Assembly (NCBI GenBank): GCA_035479295.1
Contig: DATIIV010000020.1
Coordinates: 10,027 to 74,026, forward strand
Reading direction: 5' to 3'
Source: Candidatus Saccharimonadia bacterium
GTDB taxonomy: Bacteria; Patescibacteriota; Saccharimonadia; UBA4664
DNA: 64,000 bases
Shown here one piece after another: positions 47,977 to 57,441 of the stretch. Every line of letters starts with the position of its first letter. The stretch's first letter is position 1. A program made the translations under genes and the position numbers. A model generated the notes under the pieces. The model was not told the origin of the DNA and made no database searches. It worked only from the letters and a program-made list of their open reading frames with translations.

Positions 47977-49466
47977 GGTATTTTGTCCTTTCCTGTTACG
48001 GCTTTAATTACAATCGGCCACAGCCAGAACAGCATGAGGCAGACCCAGAACGTGCTAATGAGGAGAAGGCCGCTCAGGCCGTAGCGAACAAAGTTGTAGA
48101 CCAAGCAAAAGATGCCGCTGCCGGCCATAATGAGCTGCGGCAGCACCAGCCTGGCCTCGCGAGCACCATGGGCCAGCTTGGAAGTAACCTTGTAAGTCGG
48201 CACGGTGTGGCGGTGCAGGAGCGCCTTAATGGTGGCCATTTGGTAGGCCGGAAAGAGGCCAGCCCACACGCGCGACGAGAGCTGGCCGTGGCTGAGCCGG
48301 CCAAAGTAGGTGAGGGTAAAGAGCAGGTCGGGCAGGCGCGTCACTAGGTACCATAGGCCGCCGTGCACAATGGGGTCATTAAAGAGCAGCGAGTAAAAGT
48401 TGGCCACAAAGATACCGGGCAAAAAGAAGGCGCTTACCAGGTAACAGTAGCCGATCTCGAAGTAGTGCAGGCGCTGGCGCCAAGTGAGCCCCTTGCGGGT
48501 GAGCGGCTGCTGCCAAAAGAAGACGCGCAGCGTATCGAGCGCCCACGTGCCGCGCTGCTTGTAGACCTGCGAGATGTCGCTGGGCGCGGTGCCCTGGGTA
48601 TAAGGCTGCGTCACATACACGGTGCGGTAGCCGGCCGAGTGCATTAGGTAGCTCGTATGAAGGTCTTCCACCACGTTCCACTCGCTAAAGCCGCCGATCT
48701 CCTTGAGGTATTTGCGGGCGTAGATTACGCCCGAGCCGCAGCTAATGGCGGCATTGTCTTTATTTTTGCCGGCCTGCAAGTAGTCGTAAAAGAGGTGGTC
48801 GTGGTTAAAGTCGTCTTTATCGATAGTGAAGACCTGGCGCGAGGCTACAATGGCCACTTTGTCGCGCGAGAAGTGGCCGAGCAGATCGTCCAGGATGGCC
48901 GGATTAACCACATTATCGGCGTCGAGCACCAGAATGTAGGGCGCGTACGACTGAGTGAGGGCATAGTTGAGATTGGCGGCTTTATAGCGCTTAGCGGCAC
49001 GGTCCGGTCGGCTCAGATAGTGACAATGGTACTTCTTGGCCAGCGCTTTTACCTCAGCGCGACCGCCGTCGTCGAGTAGATAAACAGTGGTATTGGGGTG
49101 GTCGATCTCGGTGGCGGCCTTAACGGTATTCTCGATCATGCCCAGCGGCTCGTTCACCATAGGAATAAACACGTCGACCGGGCTGCGCAGCGAGTAGGTG
49201 CCGCCAACCAGCTCGTACTGGCGCGTCCAGTGGTTAAAGACTACTAGCAGCGTAAAGAGGCCCACTAGCACCTCCAGCACCCAGAAACACCAGCCGAACC
49301 AACCATGAACGTTAAGCGCCAAGAAGGTGAGGTAGATTAAGGTGGTGCCGCTGCTAGCCAGACCCAGCTTGCGGGACTTATCGAGATTCCAGAGCCAAGA
49401 TATAATATGCATAGCATACGCAGTATAAGGCATAACGCTTATGCTTAAATTGGCGTATAGGTGCAA
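47931..49466 (-). CDS. family-2 glycosyltransferase, processive cellulose-synthase-like (membrane)
   Basis: D, DxD (LDADN) and QRGTW (QxxRW) motifs plus TM helices on both sides. Confidence 0.8.
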   Translation of the reverse strand: MHLYANLSISVMPYTAYAMHIISWLWNLDKSRKLGLASSGTTLIYLTFLALNVHGWFGWCFWVLEVLVGLFTLLVVFNHWTRQYELVGGTYSLRSPVDVFIPMVNEPLGMIENTVKAATEIDHPNTTVYLLDDGGRAEVKALAKKYHCHYLSRPDRAAKRYKAANLNYALTQSYAPYILVLDADNVVNPAILDDLLGHFSRDKVAIVASRQVFTIDKDDFNHDHLFYDYLQAGKNKDNAAISCGSGVIYARKYLKEIGGFSEWNVVEDLHTSYLMHSAGYRTVYVTQPYTQGTAPSDISQVYKQRGTWALDTLRVFFWQQPLTRKGLTWRQRLHYFEIGYCYLVSAFFLPGIFVANFYSLLFNDPIVHGGLWYLVTRLPDLLFTLTYFGRLSHGQLSSRVWAGLFPAYQMATIKALLHRHTVPTYKVTSKLAHGAREARLVLPQLIMAGSGIFCLVYNFVRYGLSGLLLISTFWVCLMLFWLWPIVIKAVTGKDKIPWQKLYSLPKTSRVY

Positions 49467-49514
49467 TATTTGGGCTATCGATAGTTAATCTTTTGTTAAG
49501 AAGCCTAAAAAAAC

Positions 49515-50396
49515 CTAATGAGTAAGCTGATAAACGCGCACATAATCGATCTGAAGTCTGGCCGGAAAATGAGTCTTGGCATTAGCATTGCCGGGTAGGG
49601 TGCCTCCGACGGCCAGGTTAATGATGAGCTCCATTGGCTTGTTGGTGACGTTACTGCCAGTCAGCGTCTTAAGATGCCGACCGTCCGCGTACCAGTCGAT
49701 ACGGCCGGGCTGCCAGTTGACGGCATAGGTGTGCCAGCCGGCAGTAAAGTCGCCGGCGCTGTAGGTGGTGGCGTCTTTTTGCGGATGGCCGGCGGCGTCG
49801 GGCCAGTGGTAGGTCGCTAGCAGCTGGTGCGGCGCGCTGCCCACCAGCTCCATAGCGTCTATCTCCGGTGGCCAGCTGTGGTCGGTGGGCAGCAGCCAAA
49901 AGGCCGGCCAGAGGCCTTGGCCGCCGTCGGTCTTGAGCCGCGCCTCCATGTAGCCATAGCTGGTCGACCACTTAGGCGCAGCGTCGTAGCTGGGCCGGCC
50001 GGTCGAGATCAAGCCCGAGATGTAGGGGTAGGTCTGCTCATACGAGCCGCTCCAGCCGAGTGTCGGCCGAGGTTGGGCAGTGAGAGTGGCATGGCCGTTG
50101 CTGACGCTAACTTGGCTAGCTCGGTACCATTCTTGTTCAAAGTTGCCGTTGTTGGTGCAGCCGTCGTGAGCCGCGTCGTACCAGTCGTAGCAGGTTACCC
50201 AGCGGTCGGCGTTAAGCCGTGAGCCATCGAACTCATCGTCGAAGACCAGTTGCCAATGCCGGCCGGCCGGTGGCGCTGGCAGCCCGCTGCTCGTCTCGGG
50301 CAAAATTACCGTCAGAACTGCCAAGAGACCAAGGCTCATCGCTAGTCCGATCGGCAATGCGCCCCGGGTTGGCGCCTTATAAAACATATTTTGCAT
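49515..50396 (-). CDS. GH16 family glycoside hydrolase (beta-glucanase/laminarinase-like), secreted
   Basis: Signal peptide; catalytic EIDAMELVG (E-x-D-x-x-E) motif. Confidence 0.75.
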   Translation of the reverse strand: MQNMFYKAPTRGALPIGLAMSLGLLAVLTVILPETSSGLPAPPAGRHWQLVFDDEFDGSRLNADRWVTCYDWYDAAHDGCTNNGNFEQEWYRASQVSVSNGHATLTAQPRPTLGWSGSYEQTYPYISGLISTGRPSYDAAPKWSTSYGYMEARLKTDGGQGLWPAFWLLPTDHSWPPEIDAMELVGSAPHQLLATYHWPDAAGHPQKDATTYSAGDFTAGWHTYAVNWQPGRIDWYADGRHLKTLTGSNVTNKPMELIINLAVGGTLPGNANAKTHFPARLQIDYVRVYQLTH

Positions 50397-50427
50397 TGTA
50401 AAAGATCATCGTGCTAATGTTAAGGCG

Positions 50428-52056
50428 ATGAGTAAACGTTGTAAATTATACTACATACTCGTGTCAGTGCTGTCAGCGGCAATTATCGGATTATTTGCGC
50501 TCTGGTGGTTCAATTTAGCTCATATTCCGCATAACTTTAGCGGCCGCTGGCATCTCATTGATGCACTGTTGTATCTGGCTGTCAGTTACGTTATTTGGCA
50601 TCCCATGGTAATGATGGTGCTGGCCTGGGTGGTGGCGCTGCACATCAAGGAGCTGCCCAAACTGCGGCCGGCTCGGGGTGCACGCGTGGCTTTCATTACC
50701 AACTTTGTGCCGGCCTCGGAGCCCATTGAGCTACTCGAAAAAAACTTGCCGGCCATGGTGAAGGCCTCCTACAAGCACGATACTTGGTTGCTCGACGAGG
50801 GCGATGACCCGGCCGTTAAAGCGCTCTGCGAGCGACTAGGCGTGCACCACTACAGCCGGCGCGGCCAGCCCGACTACAACACGGTTGGCGGTAAGTTTGC
50901 CGCCAAGACCAAGGGTGGCAATCATAACTCTTGGTACGACCGCCACGGTGCCAACTACGACTTTGTGGCCCAGATCGATACCGACTTTATTCCGCGCAAA
51001 GATTTTCTCACCAAGACCCTGGGCTATTTTAAGAACCCTAAGATCGCCTTTGTGGGCACGCCGCAAATTTATGGCAATACCGCTAAATCGCTGATTGCTC
51101 GAGGTGCGGCCGAGCAATCGTATATTTTTTATGGACCGTTCTTGCGTGGCCTCTGTGGTCTCGATAGCTCGCTCTTGATCGGCGCCAACCACATTATCCG
51201 GGTGGCGGCGCTCAAGAGCGTCGATCATTACAGTGCGCACATCACCGAGGACCTGCTAACAGGCATGAAGCTCCACGCCGACGGCTGGCAGAGTGTCTAC
51301 GTGAGCGAACCGCTGGCCGTGGGCGAAGGCCCCACCGCGTGGCGGCCGTACTTTAATCAGCAAATGCGGTGGGCTTACGGCTGCATCGATATTTTGTGGC
51401 ACCACAGCCCGCGGTTGCTCCGGCGCATGTCGTACCGCCGAGCCATCTACTACGCCTGGCTGCAGCAGTACTACTTTACGGGTCTCGCCATGGCGCTGGG
51501 TATTATTGGCTTGGTGCTCTACTTTGGGCTGGGCATTAGTACGGCTACACTCGATATGCGGCAATTTTTGCTGGTATACCTGCCAGCTATCTCGATCTGT
51601 GGCTTTATGGCGCTGTGGCTGCAGCGGTTTAATGTGCGGCCGCGGCAAGAGCGCGGGCTAATGGTGGCCGGGGCTATTGCTAGCTTGGCGGCCTGGCCAA
51701 TCTTCTTTCTAGCCTTTATTTGCGTGCTACGGCGCAAGCACCTCGTTTATAAAGTTACGCCCAAGGGTATGTTTAATAAGCCCAGCCACGAGCTACATAT
51801 CTTTAAGCCGCACTTTGTGGTCGCACTCATTGGGGGCCTGGCCCTGGCCTCGTCTTTTTTTACACATCGGCAATCGTGGGTGATGATGTTTTGGGCCGGC
51901 TGCATCACTGGCTCAATGGCGTTATTGCCCTTTATGGAGGACATATATCAGGTTTCGTTGCGTGTTCGCTCGGCGATTCTGCTGAGAGCGGCTAGGCTTA
52001 AGCGCTGGCGGTTGATAAAACAGCCAAGTCCGGCCCAACCGCAGGGCGGCGCGTAG
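50428..52056 (+). CDS. family-2 glycosyltransferase, processive cellulose-synthase-like (membrane)
   Basis: DTDFIP, TEDLLT and QQMRWAYG (QxxRW) motifs with flanking TM helices. Confidence 0.8.
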   Translation: MSKRCKLYYILVSVLSAAIIGLFALWWFNLAHIPHNFSGRWHLIDALLYLAVSYVIWHPMVMMVLAWVVALHIKELPKLRPARGARVAFITNFVPASEPIELLEKNLPAMVKASYKHDTWLLDEGDDPAVKALCERLGVHHYSRRGQPDYNTVGGKFAAKTKGGNHNSWYDRHGANYDFVAQIDTDFIPRKDFLTKTLGYFKNPKIAFVGTPQIYGNTAKSLIARGAAEQSYIFYGPFLRGLCGLDSSLLIGANHIIRVAALKSVDHYSAHITEDLLTGMKLHADGWQSVYVSEPLAVGEGPTAWRPYFNQQMRWAYGCIDILWHHSPRLLRRMSYRRAIYYAWLQQYYFTGLAMALGIIGLVLYFGLGISTATLDMRQFLLVYLPAISICGFMALWLQRFNVRPRQERGLMVAGAIASLAAWPIFFLAFICVLRRKHLVYKVTPKGMFNKPSHELHIFKPHFVVALIGGLALASSFFTHRQSWVMMFWAGCITGSMALLPFMEDIYQVSLRVRSAILLRAARLKRWRLIKQPSPAQPQGGA

Positions 52057-52128
52057 CCTGACGCCATAAGGCAGAAGCGGCTCCCGTCCCCGCCCAAAGG
52101 GTGAGACGAGAGCCGCGAACGACTGGGG

Positions 52129-52857
52129 CTAGGCGCCGTGCTTGGCTATGAACCGCCTTGTGCACTCCAAAAGGTATGCTTGGTTCTTAAGGTTCAGCCG
52201 GAAGAACCCACCGAATACCTCATGCGGTCGAAGCTCAGCGCTACAGAGTCGATCGTCGCCCCGATGCGGGTGCGTGAAGATCAACGTGCTGCTCGGGTCA
52301 GTGTCGGCAAGAGCCATATGGTCGGGCGTCACCGACCAGGTCTGGTGGCCTGGAATGATGCTGGCGCACCGGGCCATTGCCACCTGTCTGGCGATGTCTG
52401 GCGCGAGGCAGCCGTTGGCAACCAGCGCTATGCTGGTGACGTTGTGAGCTGTGGCGAGCCTGGCTGCGGCCGCGATCTCTTGCTGCGGGTCCTGTGAGCT
52501 GGTGTCAGTAACGGCGGCGTCGAGCAGCTCATCGAGCCGGGACTGCCCGATTCTGTCTGCCAGCTCACGGTGATCGCGGATGGCATCGAACTCGATCAGC
52601 TCGTCCCGGCGCAAAAGCAGCAGTTCTCGCACGGCATCGGCTTCGGCCCGGCCGTCGGACCTGTGCGAGGCACCGGAACCCATGCCGATGAACGCCACGC
52701 TCTTCAATCCGTGATTGAGCGCACACAATATCGCCATGGGCAAGCTGCCCAATTGCTGCTGCTCCGGGTCGCCCCAGAGCAAGTCCTTCCAGCCGATGGT
52801 GTTGGTGTGAAGGCCGCAAATCCAGACTGCTCTCTCTGTCGTCATGCGATGCTCCAT
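52129..52857 (-). CDS. hypothetical protein, DUF218/YdcF-like (paralogous pattern to 40169-40774)
   Basis: AVWICGLHTN...VAFIGMGSGAS...AEADAVREL resembles the DUF218 core. Confidence 0.35.
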   Translation of the reverse strand: MEHRMTTERAVWICGLHTNTIGWKDLLWGDPEQQQLGSLPMAILCALNHGLKSVAFIGMGSGASHRSDGRAEADAVRELLLLRRDELIEFDAIRDHRELADRIGQSRLDELLDAAVTDTSSQDPQQEIAAAARLATAHNVTSIALVANGCLAPDIARQVAMARCASIIPGHQTWSVTPDHMALADTDPSSTLIFTHPHRGDDRLCSAELRPHEVFGGFFRLNLKNQAYLLECTRRFIAKHGA

Positions 52858-52932
52858 TTTCGTGAGTCGTTGAACTGCCGGGAAAGAGCAGGCCCCATTG
52901 TATCACAGCAGGCAGCTCACTATGATGACGCA

Positions 52933-53231
52933 ATGAACCAGCGCTGCGCCTGGGTGATGCGGGTAATGAATTATACGAGCAGTACCATGATGAGGAATTT
53001 TGAATTCCTCATTCTGGGGCCGGTTTATCGTGGTTGACGATTCTGCGGCGGCGCCAGGGCTATCGAGCTGTCTTTGCCAATTTTGATGCCATGGCGGTAG
53101 CTCAGTACGGCTGGGAGCAGGTGGCGGCTTTGTTGGCTGAAACCGCCATTATTCGCAACCGGCTTAAGGTAACCGCTGCTATTAATAATGCCCAAAAGTT
53201 TCTGGAGGTGCAGCGGCTCGGTCGGTCCTGA
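52933..53231 (+). pseudogene. tag: DNA-3-methyladenine glycosylase I (tag) remnant, frameshifted and C-terminally truncated
   Basis: MNQRCAWV matches the Tag N-terminus (MERCGWV). A second frame (53034-53231) matches the Tag mid-region (YRAVFANFDAMAVAQ...AIIRNRLKVTAAINNAQKFLEV) and then stops early. Confidence 0.6.
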
Positions 53232-53332
53232 TGGTGGCCGAGTTAATCGGTACGCAAGTACAACTCTAGCGGTTTACACATCGATTGGCGCCGGACAGTA
53301 ATGTCCGACGCCAATGGTTGATGTGGATGGGA

Positions 53333-54748
53333 CTAGGCGGCCCGGCGCAGCTGGCTAACGGCTGCGATGGGTTCGCCCGTGAGGGACACCTCGGCCTGGA
53401 AGACGCGGCCGCGGTAGACGGCACGGCCGTCGTGGATGTGGATGGGCTCGATGGCGAAGGGCTGGTCGCCGTCGAGGTAGGTAACGACCGCCAGGCCCTG
53501 CTGCCAGTTCTCGAACCGGCTGACCGGACGGCCGGCGTTGCTGGCCGCTCCGTTGGCGCTGGGTACTGCGCCGTCGACCCGGCAGAGGCAGCCGGGGGTG
53601 AAGGCCATCAGGTTGCGGCCCGAGCTGTGGTCGGTCTTCCACTGCATCTCGATGCGGTGAACGTGGCCGAAGATGCTCGAGGCGCCCTCGTCGTCGACCA
53701 CGGCCTTGGCCGTTGAGCCGTTGGACCGCACGATCTTGCCGTGTTGGCAGTTGAGCCGGTCGTTGATCCAGTAGCGGGCGGCCGGGTAGCCGTCCACGTA
53801 CTGCACACCCAGCTCGGCCAGCCGCAGCAAGTGCTGGATGCTCATGACCGGCCAGGAAGCCGGCTGGTTGGCCTGGCGCAGCCCGAAGGCGGCCCGGGCG
53901 TTGTCGAGAATCCAGCGGAGCAACCGGTAGTCGTGGTTGCCCTCGAGCAGTACCCGCTCCTCGGCGTTGGGTGCCGCCGCCTCCTGCTCGGCCAGGAACA
54001 GGTGGCCGCGGTCGAGGCCGGCCTGCATGGTGGTGGCGAAGGTGGGCAGCTGCACGAACCGGCTCAGATTCGGCAGGTCCAGGAAATCACCCAGGTTGAC
54101 CACCTTGTGCGGGTTGACGAAGCGCATGATCTGCAGCGCCACGTTCATGGCCTGCTCGTCGTGCATCGCCACTAGCTCGCCGGTGGTCGGGTCCTGCCAG
54201 TAGCCGATCTGCGGGTCGGGCAGGACCACCGCCACCTTGAGCGGACCGGTGCGCGGCTTGGGCACGTGCACGTGGCGGATCACCACGGGCGCGGCCGGCT
54301 GCACCACGGGCCAGGCGGGACCTTCGGCCGCACCAGCCGGGCTCATCACCACCGAGGTGACGTCCAGGTCGTGGATCTCGGCCTCGCCGGCGTTGTTCTT
54401 GGTCAGCATCTGGTAGGTGCCCACGCGCACCTTCTCGACCTTGCCGATCTGGTCGGCGTCGATGCCAGCGTCGATCAGCAGTTTGGCCACGCGATTGATG
54501 GTGGCGGCGTCCGGCACGGTGCCGGCGGCGGTCTGGTCGCTCGCCTCGGCCTCCGTCATGGCCTCGCTGCCGTCGTGGAAGTTCGGGTCGGGCCCGACTC
54601 CGCCGGCCTTGGCATAGGCCCTGGCGCGTAGCTCCAGTAGTCGTACGATGTGGTGCTCCGGGAAGGCCTCCGTCAGCTGCTGCGGCGTCAAGCACGCCAG
54701 CAGTCGCGCGGTGGTCTTGGCCGTCAGCGGGAGCCTCTTCTTCTCCAC
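53333..54748 (-). CDS. calcineurin-like metallophosphoesterase with ~180-aa N-terminal extension
   Basis: GDFLD, GNHD and GHVH phosphoesterase motifs in order. Confidence 0.65.
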   Translation of the reverse strand: MEKKRLPLTAKTTARLLACLTPQQLTEAFPEHHIVRLLELRARAYAKAGGVGPDPNFHDGSEAMTEAEASDQTAAGTVPDAATINRVAKLLIDAGIDADQIGKVEKVRVGTYQMLTKNNAGEAEIHDLDVTSVVMSPAGAAEGPAWPVVQPAAPVVIRHVHVPKPRTGPLKVAVVLPDPQIGYWQDPTTGELVAMHDEQAMNVALQIMRFVNPHKVVNLGDFLDLPNLSRFVQLPTFATTMQAGLDRGHLFLAEQEAAAPNAEERVLLEGNHDYRLLRWILDNARAAFGLRQANQPASWPVMSIQHLLRLAELGVQYVDGYPAARYWINDRLNCQHGKIVRSNGSTAKAVVDDEGASSIFGHVHRIEMQWKTDHSSGRNLMAFTPGCLCRVDGAVPSANGAASNAGRPVSRFENWQQGLAVVTYLDGDQPFAIEPIHIHDGRAVYRGRVFQAEVSLTGEPIAAVSQLRRAA

Positions 54749-55305
54749 AACACACCTCCAAGTAGGACGAACAAGGGTGTTTAGTTATATTCACTTGTGA
54801 AGGTAGGGAAGCCCCACCGTGGGGTTAGCATTAGTATATGGTTCGATCATCCAACTATGCAAGACTAAAACGTAAGAAAAATTAGAGCAATGCACAGTGA
54901 CACAATTAACACTTACGCTCGACCAGATAAAGGCCACGCTCACTTTGGTAAACGTAAATAGTCACTAAAGAATCGGCATAACCGGTCGCATTCCTGGGGC
55001 TAGGGTTCTTGGCTGTACTAGGTACTGTACTGAGGCCAGTAATGCGGGATAGACGCCGATAAGCACCTACACAAAGCCGGTAATGAATTGCGTACGCGAG
55101 CTACTGACCTTGGTGTAGTACTGTGAGTTAACGGATAATCTTGGGTGCACTCATCTAGTTAGTCGTGGGGTATAGTAGAAGTATGTCTGCCAGTAACTCT
55201 CATCAGGCCAAAGCCGTGGCCGGAGCGCGGTGATGATGCGCATATCCGGAAGAGCACTTTTATTTGCTGCCGATTCTGGTGCGCTACATTAAGGAGAACG
55301 GCTAA

Positions 55306-56352
55306 ATGAACGATCGCATTATTGGCATTATGCAGCAAGCCATCGCCGATCGGGTCTTTCCCGGGGCGGTGGTGAGCTATGTGCGAGGCGGCCAGACCAC
55401 GGTACTGCCGGTGGGCCATTTGCGCTACGATGGCGCCGAGGCGGTGACGGCCGAGACGGTCTACGATGTGGCGTCGATCACCAAGAGCATTCCGACCTCG
55501 ACGTTGGCACTGTGCCTGATTGACGAGGGCAGGCTAGGGCTCGATGACCGGGTAATTAAGTATGTGCCCGAGCTGCAGAACGAGTATCGCGACCAGCTGC
55601 TGGTGCGGCATTTGCTAACGTATACGGCGGTCTGGGATGTGCCGGGCGGGCTGTCGGCGGTGGCGCGGAGCGGGGCTGAGGCGGTGCGGCAGGCGCTGCT
55701 AACCGCGCCGTTGCTGGCGCCCCCGGGCCAGCGCTACTTTTATACCAATCCGCCGGCCATTCTGCTGGGCTGGATTATCGAGCGGATCTGCGGTCGGCCG
55801 CTGGACGAGGTGGCGGCCGAGCGGTTCTTTGGGCCACTCGAGATGGCGCACACGACCTTTCGGCCCGAGACGCTGCCTGGCGCGGTCATAGCGCCCACCG
55901 AAATTGACGACCGCGGCGAGGTCTGCGGCCAAGTGCACGACGAGGCGGCCTGGGCGCTGCGGCAGGCCGGCCAAGTGGCAGGCAACGCCGGGCTCTTTAG
56001 CACCGCGCCGGACCTGTTGCGCTTTGCCGAAATGCTGCTGGCCGGCGGGCGGCTAGACGGCCGGCGCTGCCTGAGCGCCGAAACGGTAGCGCGCATTCCG
56101 GTTAACCAGGTGGCCGAGCTGGGCGCCTGCGCCGGCCTGGGCTGGGAGCTCGGCCAGCCAGCTTTTATGGGCGCCCGCGGCAGCGACCGGCTCTTTGGCA
56201 AGACCGGCTTTACCGGCTGCTTCATCTTGATTGACCCGGTTAAACAGGCCGCGCTGGTGCTCCTGTCCAACCGGATTCATCCCCAGCGGCCACCCAACCG
56301 CGAGGCCATTAACGCCGTACGCCGGGCTATCGCCGATCTTGTATTTGGCTAA
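55306..56352 (+). CDS. serine hydrolase, beta-lactamase/PBP-like family
   Basis: SITKS (S-x-x-K) active-site motif at ~residue 60; class-C/AmpC-like fold. Confidence 0.75.
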   Translation: MNDRIIGIMQQAIADRVFPGAVVSYVRGGQTTVLPVGHLRYDGAEAVTAETVYDVASITKSIPTSTLALCLIDEGRLGLDDRVIKYVPELQNEYRDQLLVRHLLTYTAVWDVPGGLSAVARSGAEAVRQALLTAPLLAPPGQRYFYTNPPAILLGWIIERICGRPLDEVAAERFFGPLEMAHTTFRPETLPGAVIAPTEIDDRGEVCGQVHDEAAWALRQAGQVAGNAGLFSTAPDLLRFAEMLLAGGRLDGRRCLSAETVARIPVNQVAELGACAGLGWELGQPAFMGARGSDRLFGKTGFTGCFILIDPVKQAALVLLSNRIHPQRPPNREAINAVRRAIADLVFG

Positions 56353-57276
56353 TTATAGCCACCGTCGCCGATACAGCACATAGAGAATCAGGCTACAAAC
56401 CGCTAATGTGCCCAGCATAATCCAGCCAAACGCCGCGTGCGAGCCTTGCCCCGGCAGGGGAACGTTCATGCCGTATAGGCTAAACACGATCGTCGGAATC
56501 GTCAGCACCACCGTGAGCGAGGTGAGCAGCTGCACCTGGCGGTTTAGGTTGTTGGTCATAATGTTGGAGTAGGCCTCGCGGATGTTAACGATGGTCTTGA
56601 GCGCGCCGCTACTGGTTTCGGTGAGCTGGCGCGTCGCTTGAATTAAGTCCTCGATCAGATCGCGATCGTCCTCAAAGAAGGTTAAGCCGTGGCGACCCGA
56701 TAGCAGGCTACTCAGCAGCAAGTTGGCCGGCACCAGTTCGCTCAAAAAGTAGTTGAGCGCATCTTCAATCACCACAAACTGCACGAAGTCGCGGTTATTA
56801 ATGGTGGCCACATTCAGCCGCGCCCGGACACTGCGAATCTGGCGCGTCAGGTAGGTGATATTGCGCTCGTAGGTGCCAATAATGTGGCGCAGCAGCTGAA
56901 GTAACAACTTAGCCCGCTGGGTAGTAATGAGGCTGCTAGCAAGCAGTCGTTCGGTTTCGGGCAGCTCGGCTGGGCTAATGCTGGCAACAAACTTTGGCCC
57001 AACTACCAGCAGAACTGGCCGTGTTATGACCTGCTCGCCCTGGCGCAAGGCGTAGCGCATGTACACGTATGTGTTATCGTCGTCGATCTCGAGTCGCGGA
57101 ATCTCGTCGGGATCAAGGGCGTCGGTTAGCAGGTCGGGGTCGAGGTTGAATTTGGTAGCCAAAAGGTTGAGTTCAGTCTCGGTGGGCGCCTCTACACGCA
57201 CCCAGCTGCCGGTCCGAAACTTGTCGAGCCGGGTTAATTTTGAGTCCCGGATATTCCGGTAGTGGTAGGTGATCAT
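56353..57276 (-). CDS. corA: CorA family magnesium/cobalt transporter
   Basis: YGMNVPLPG (GMN) motif between two C-terminal TM helices. Confidence 0.85.
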   Translation of the reverse strand: MITYHYRNIRDSKLTRLDKFRTGSWVRVEAPTETELNLLATKFNLDPDLLTDALDPDEIPRLEIDDDNTYVYMRYALRQGEQVITRPVLLVVGPKFVASISPAELPETERLLASSLITTQRAKLLLQLLRHIIGTYERNITYLTRQIRSVRARLNVATINNRDFVQFVVIEDALNYFLSELVPANLLLSSLLSGRHGLTFFEDDRDLIEDLIQATRQLTETSSGALKTIVNIREAYSNIMTNNLNRQVQLLTSLTVVLTIPTIVFSLYGMNVPLPGQGSHAAFGWIMLGTLAVCSLILYVLYRRRWL

Positions 57277-57441
57277 GCATCAACCTCCGACTAAGTCAAT
57301 CTGACAAAACGGCCGCACCAGAACGGTGACGGCTCTCAAGTATTATGGTTGCTCGAAAATAAGAAGTATTAAAAATAAGCCTATAGGGTTAAAACGGCGC
57401 ATCGGAGGTCTGGCGCGAAAGCTGCCAGACCTCCGATAGGT

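Noticed and set aside
54087-54794. 235-aa minus-strand ORF and + strand ORFs (53741-54175, 54266-54631) overlapping the metallophosphoesterase gene.
   Set aside because: They are alternative frames of a gene with clear ordered phosphoesterase motifs. Their products are Arg/Gly/Pro low-complexity.
55740-56270. 176-aa minus-strand ORF inside the beta-lactamase-family gene.
   Set aside because: An antisense high-GC shadow. The + strand gene has the SxxK active-site motif and a coherent fold-level pattern.
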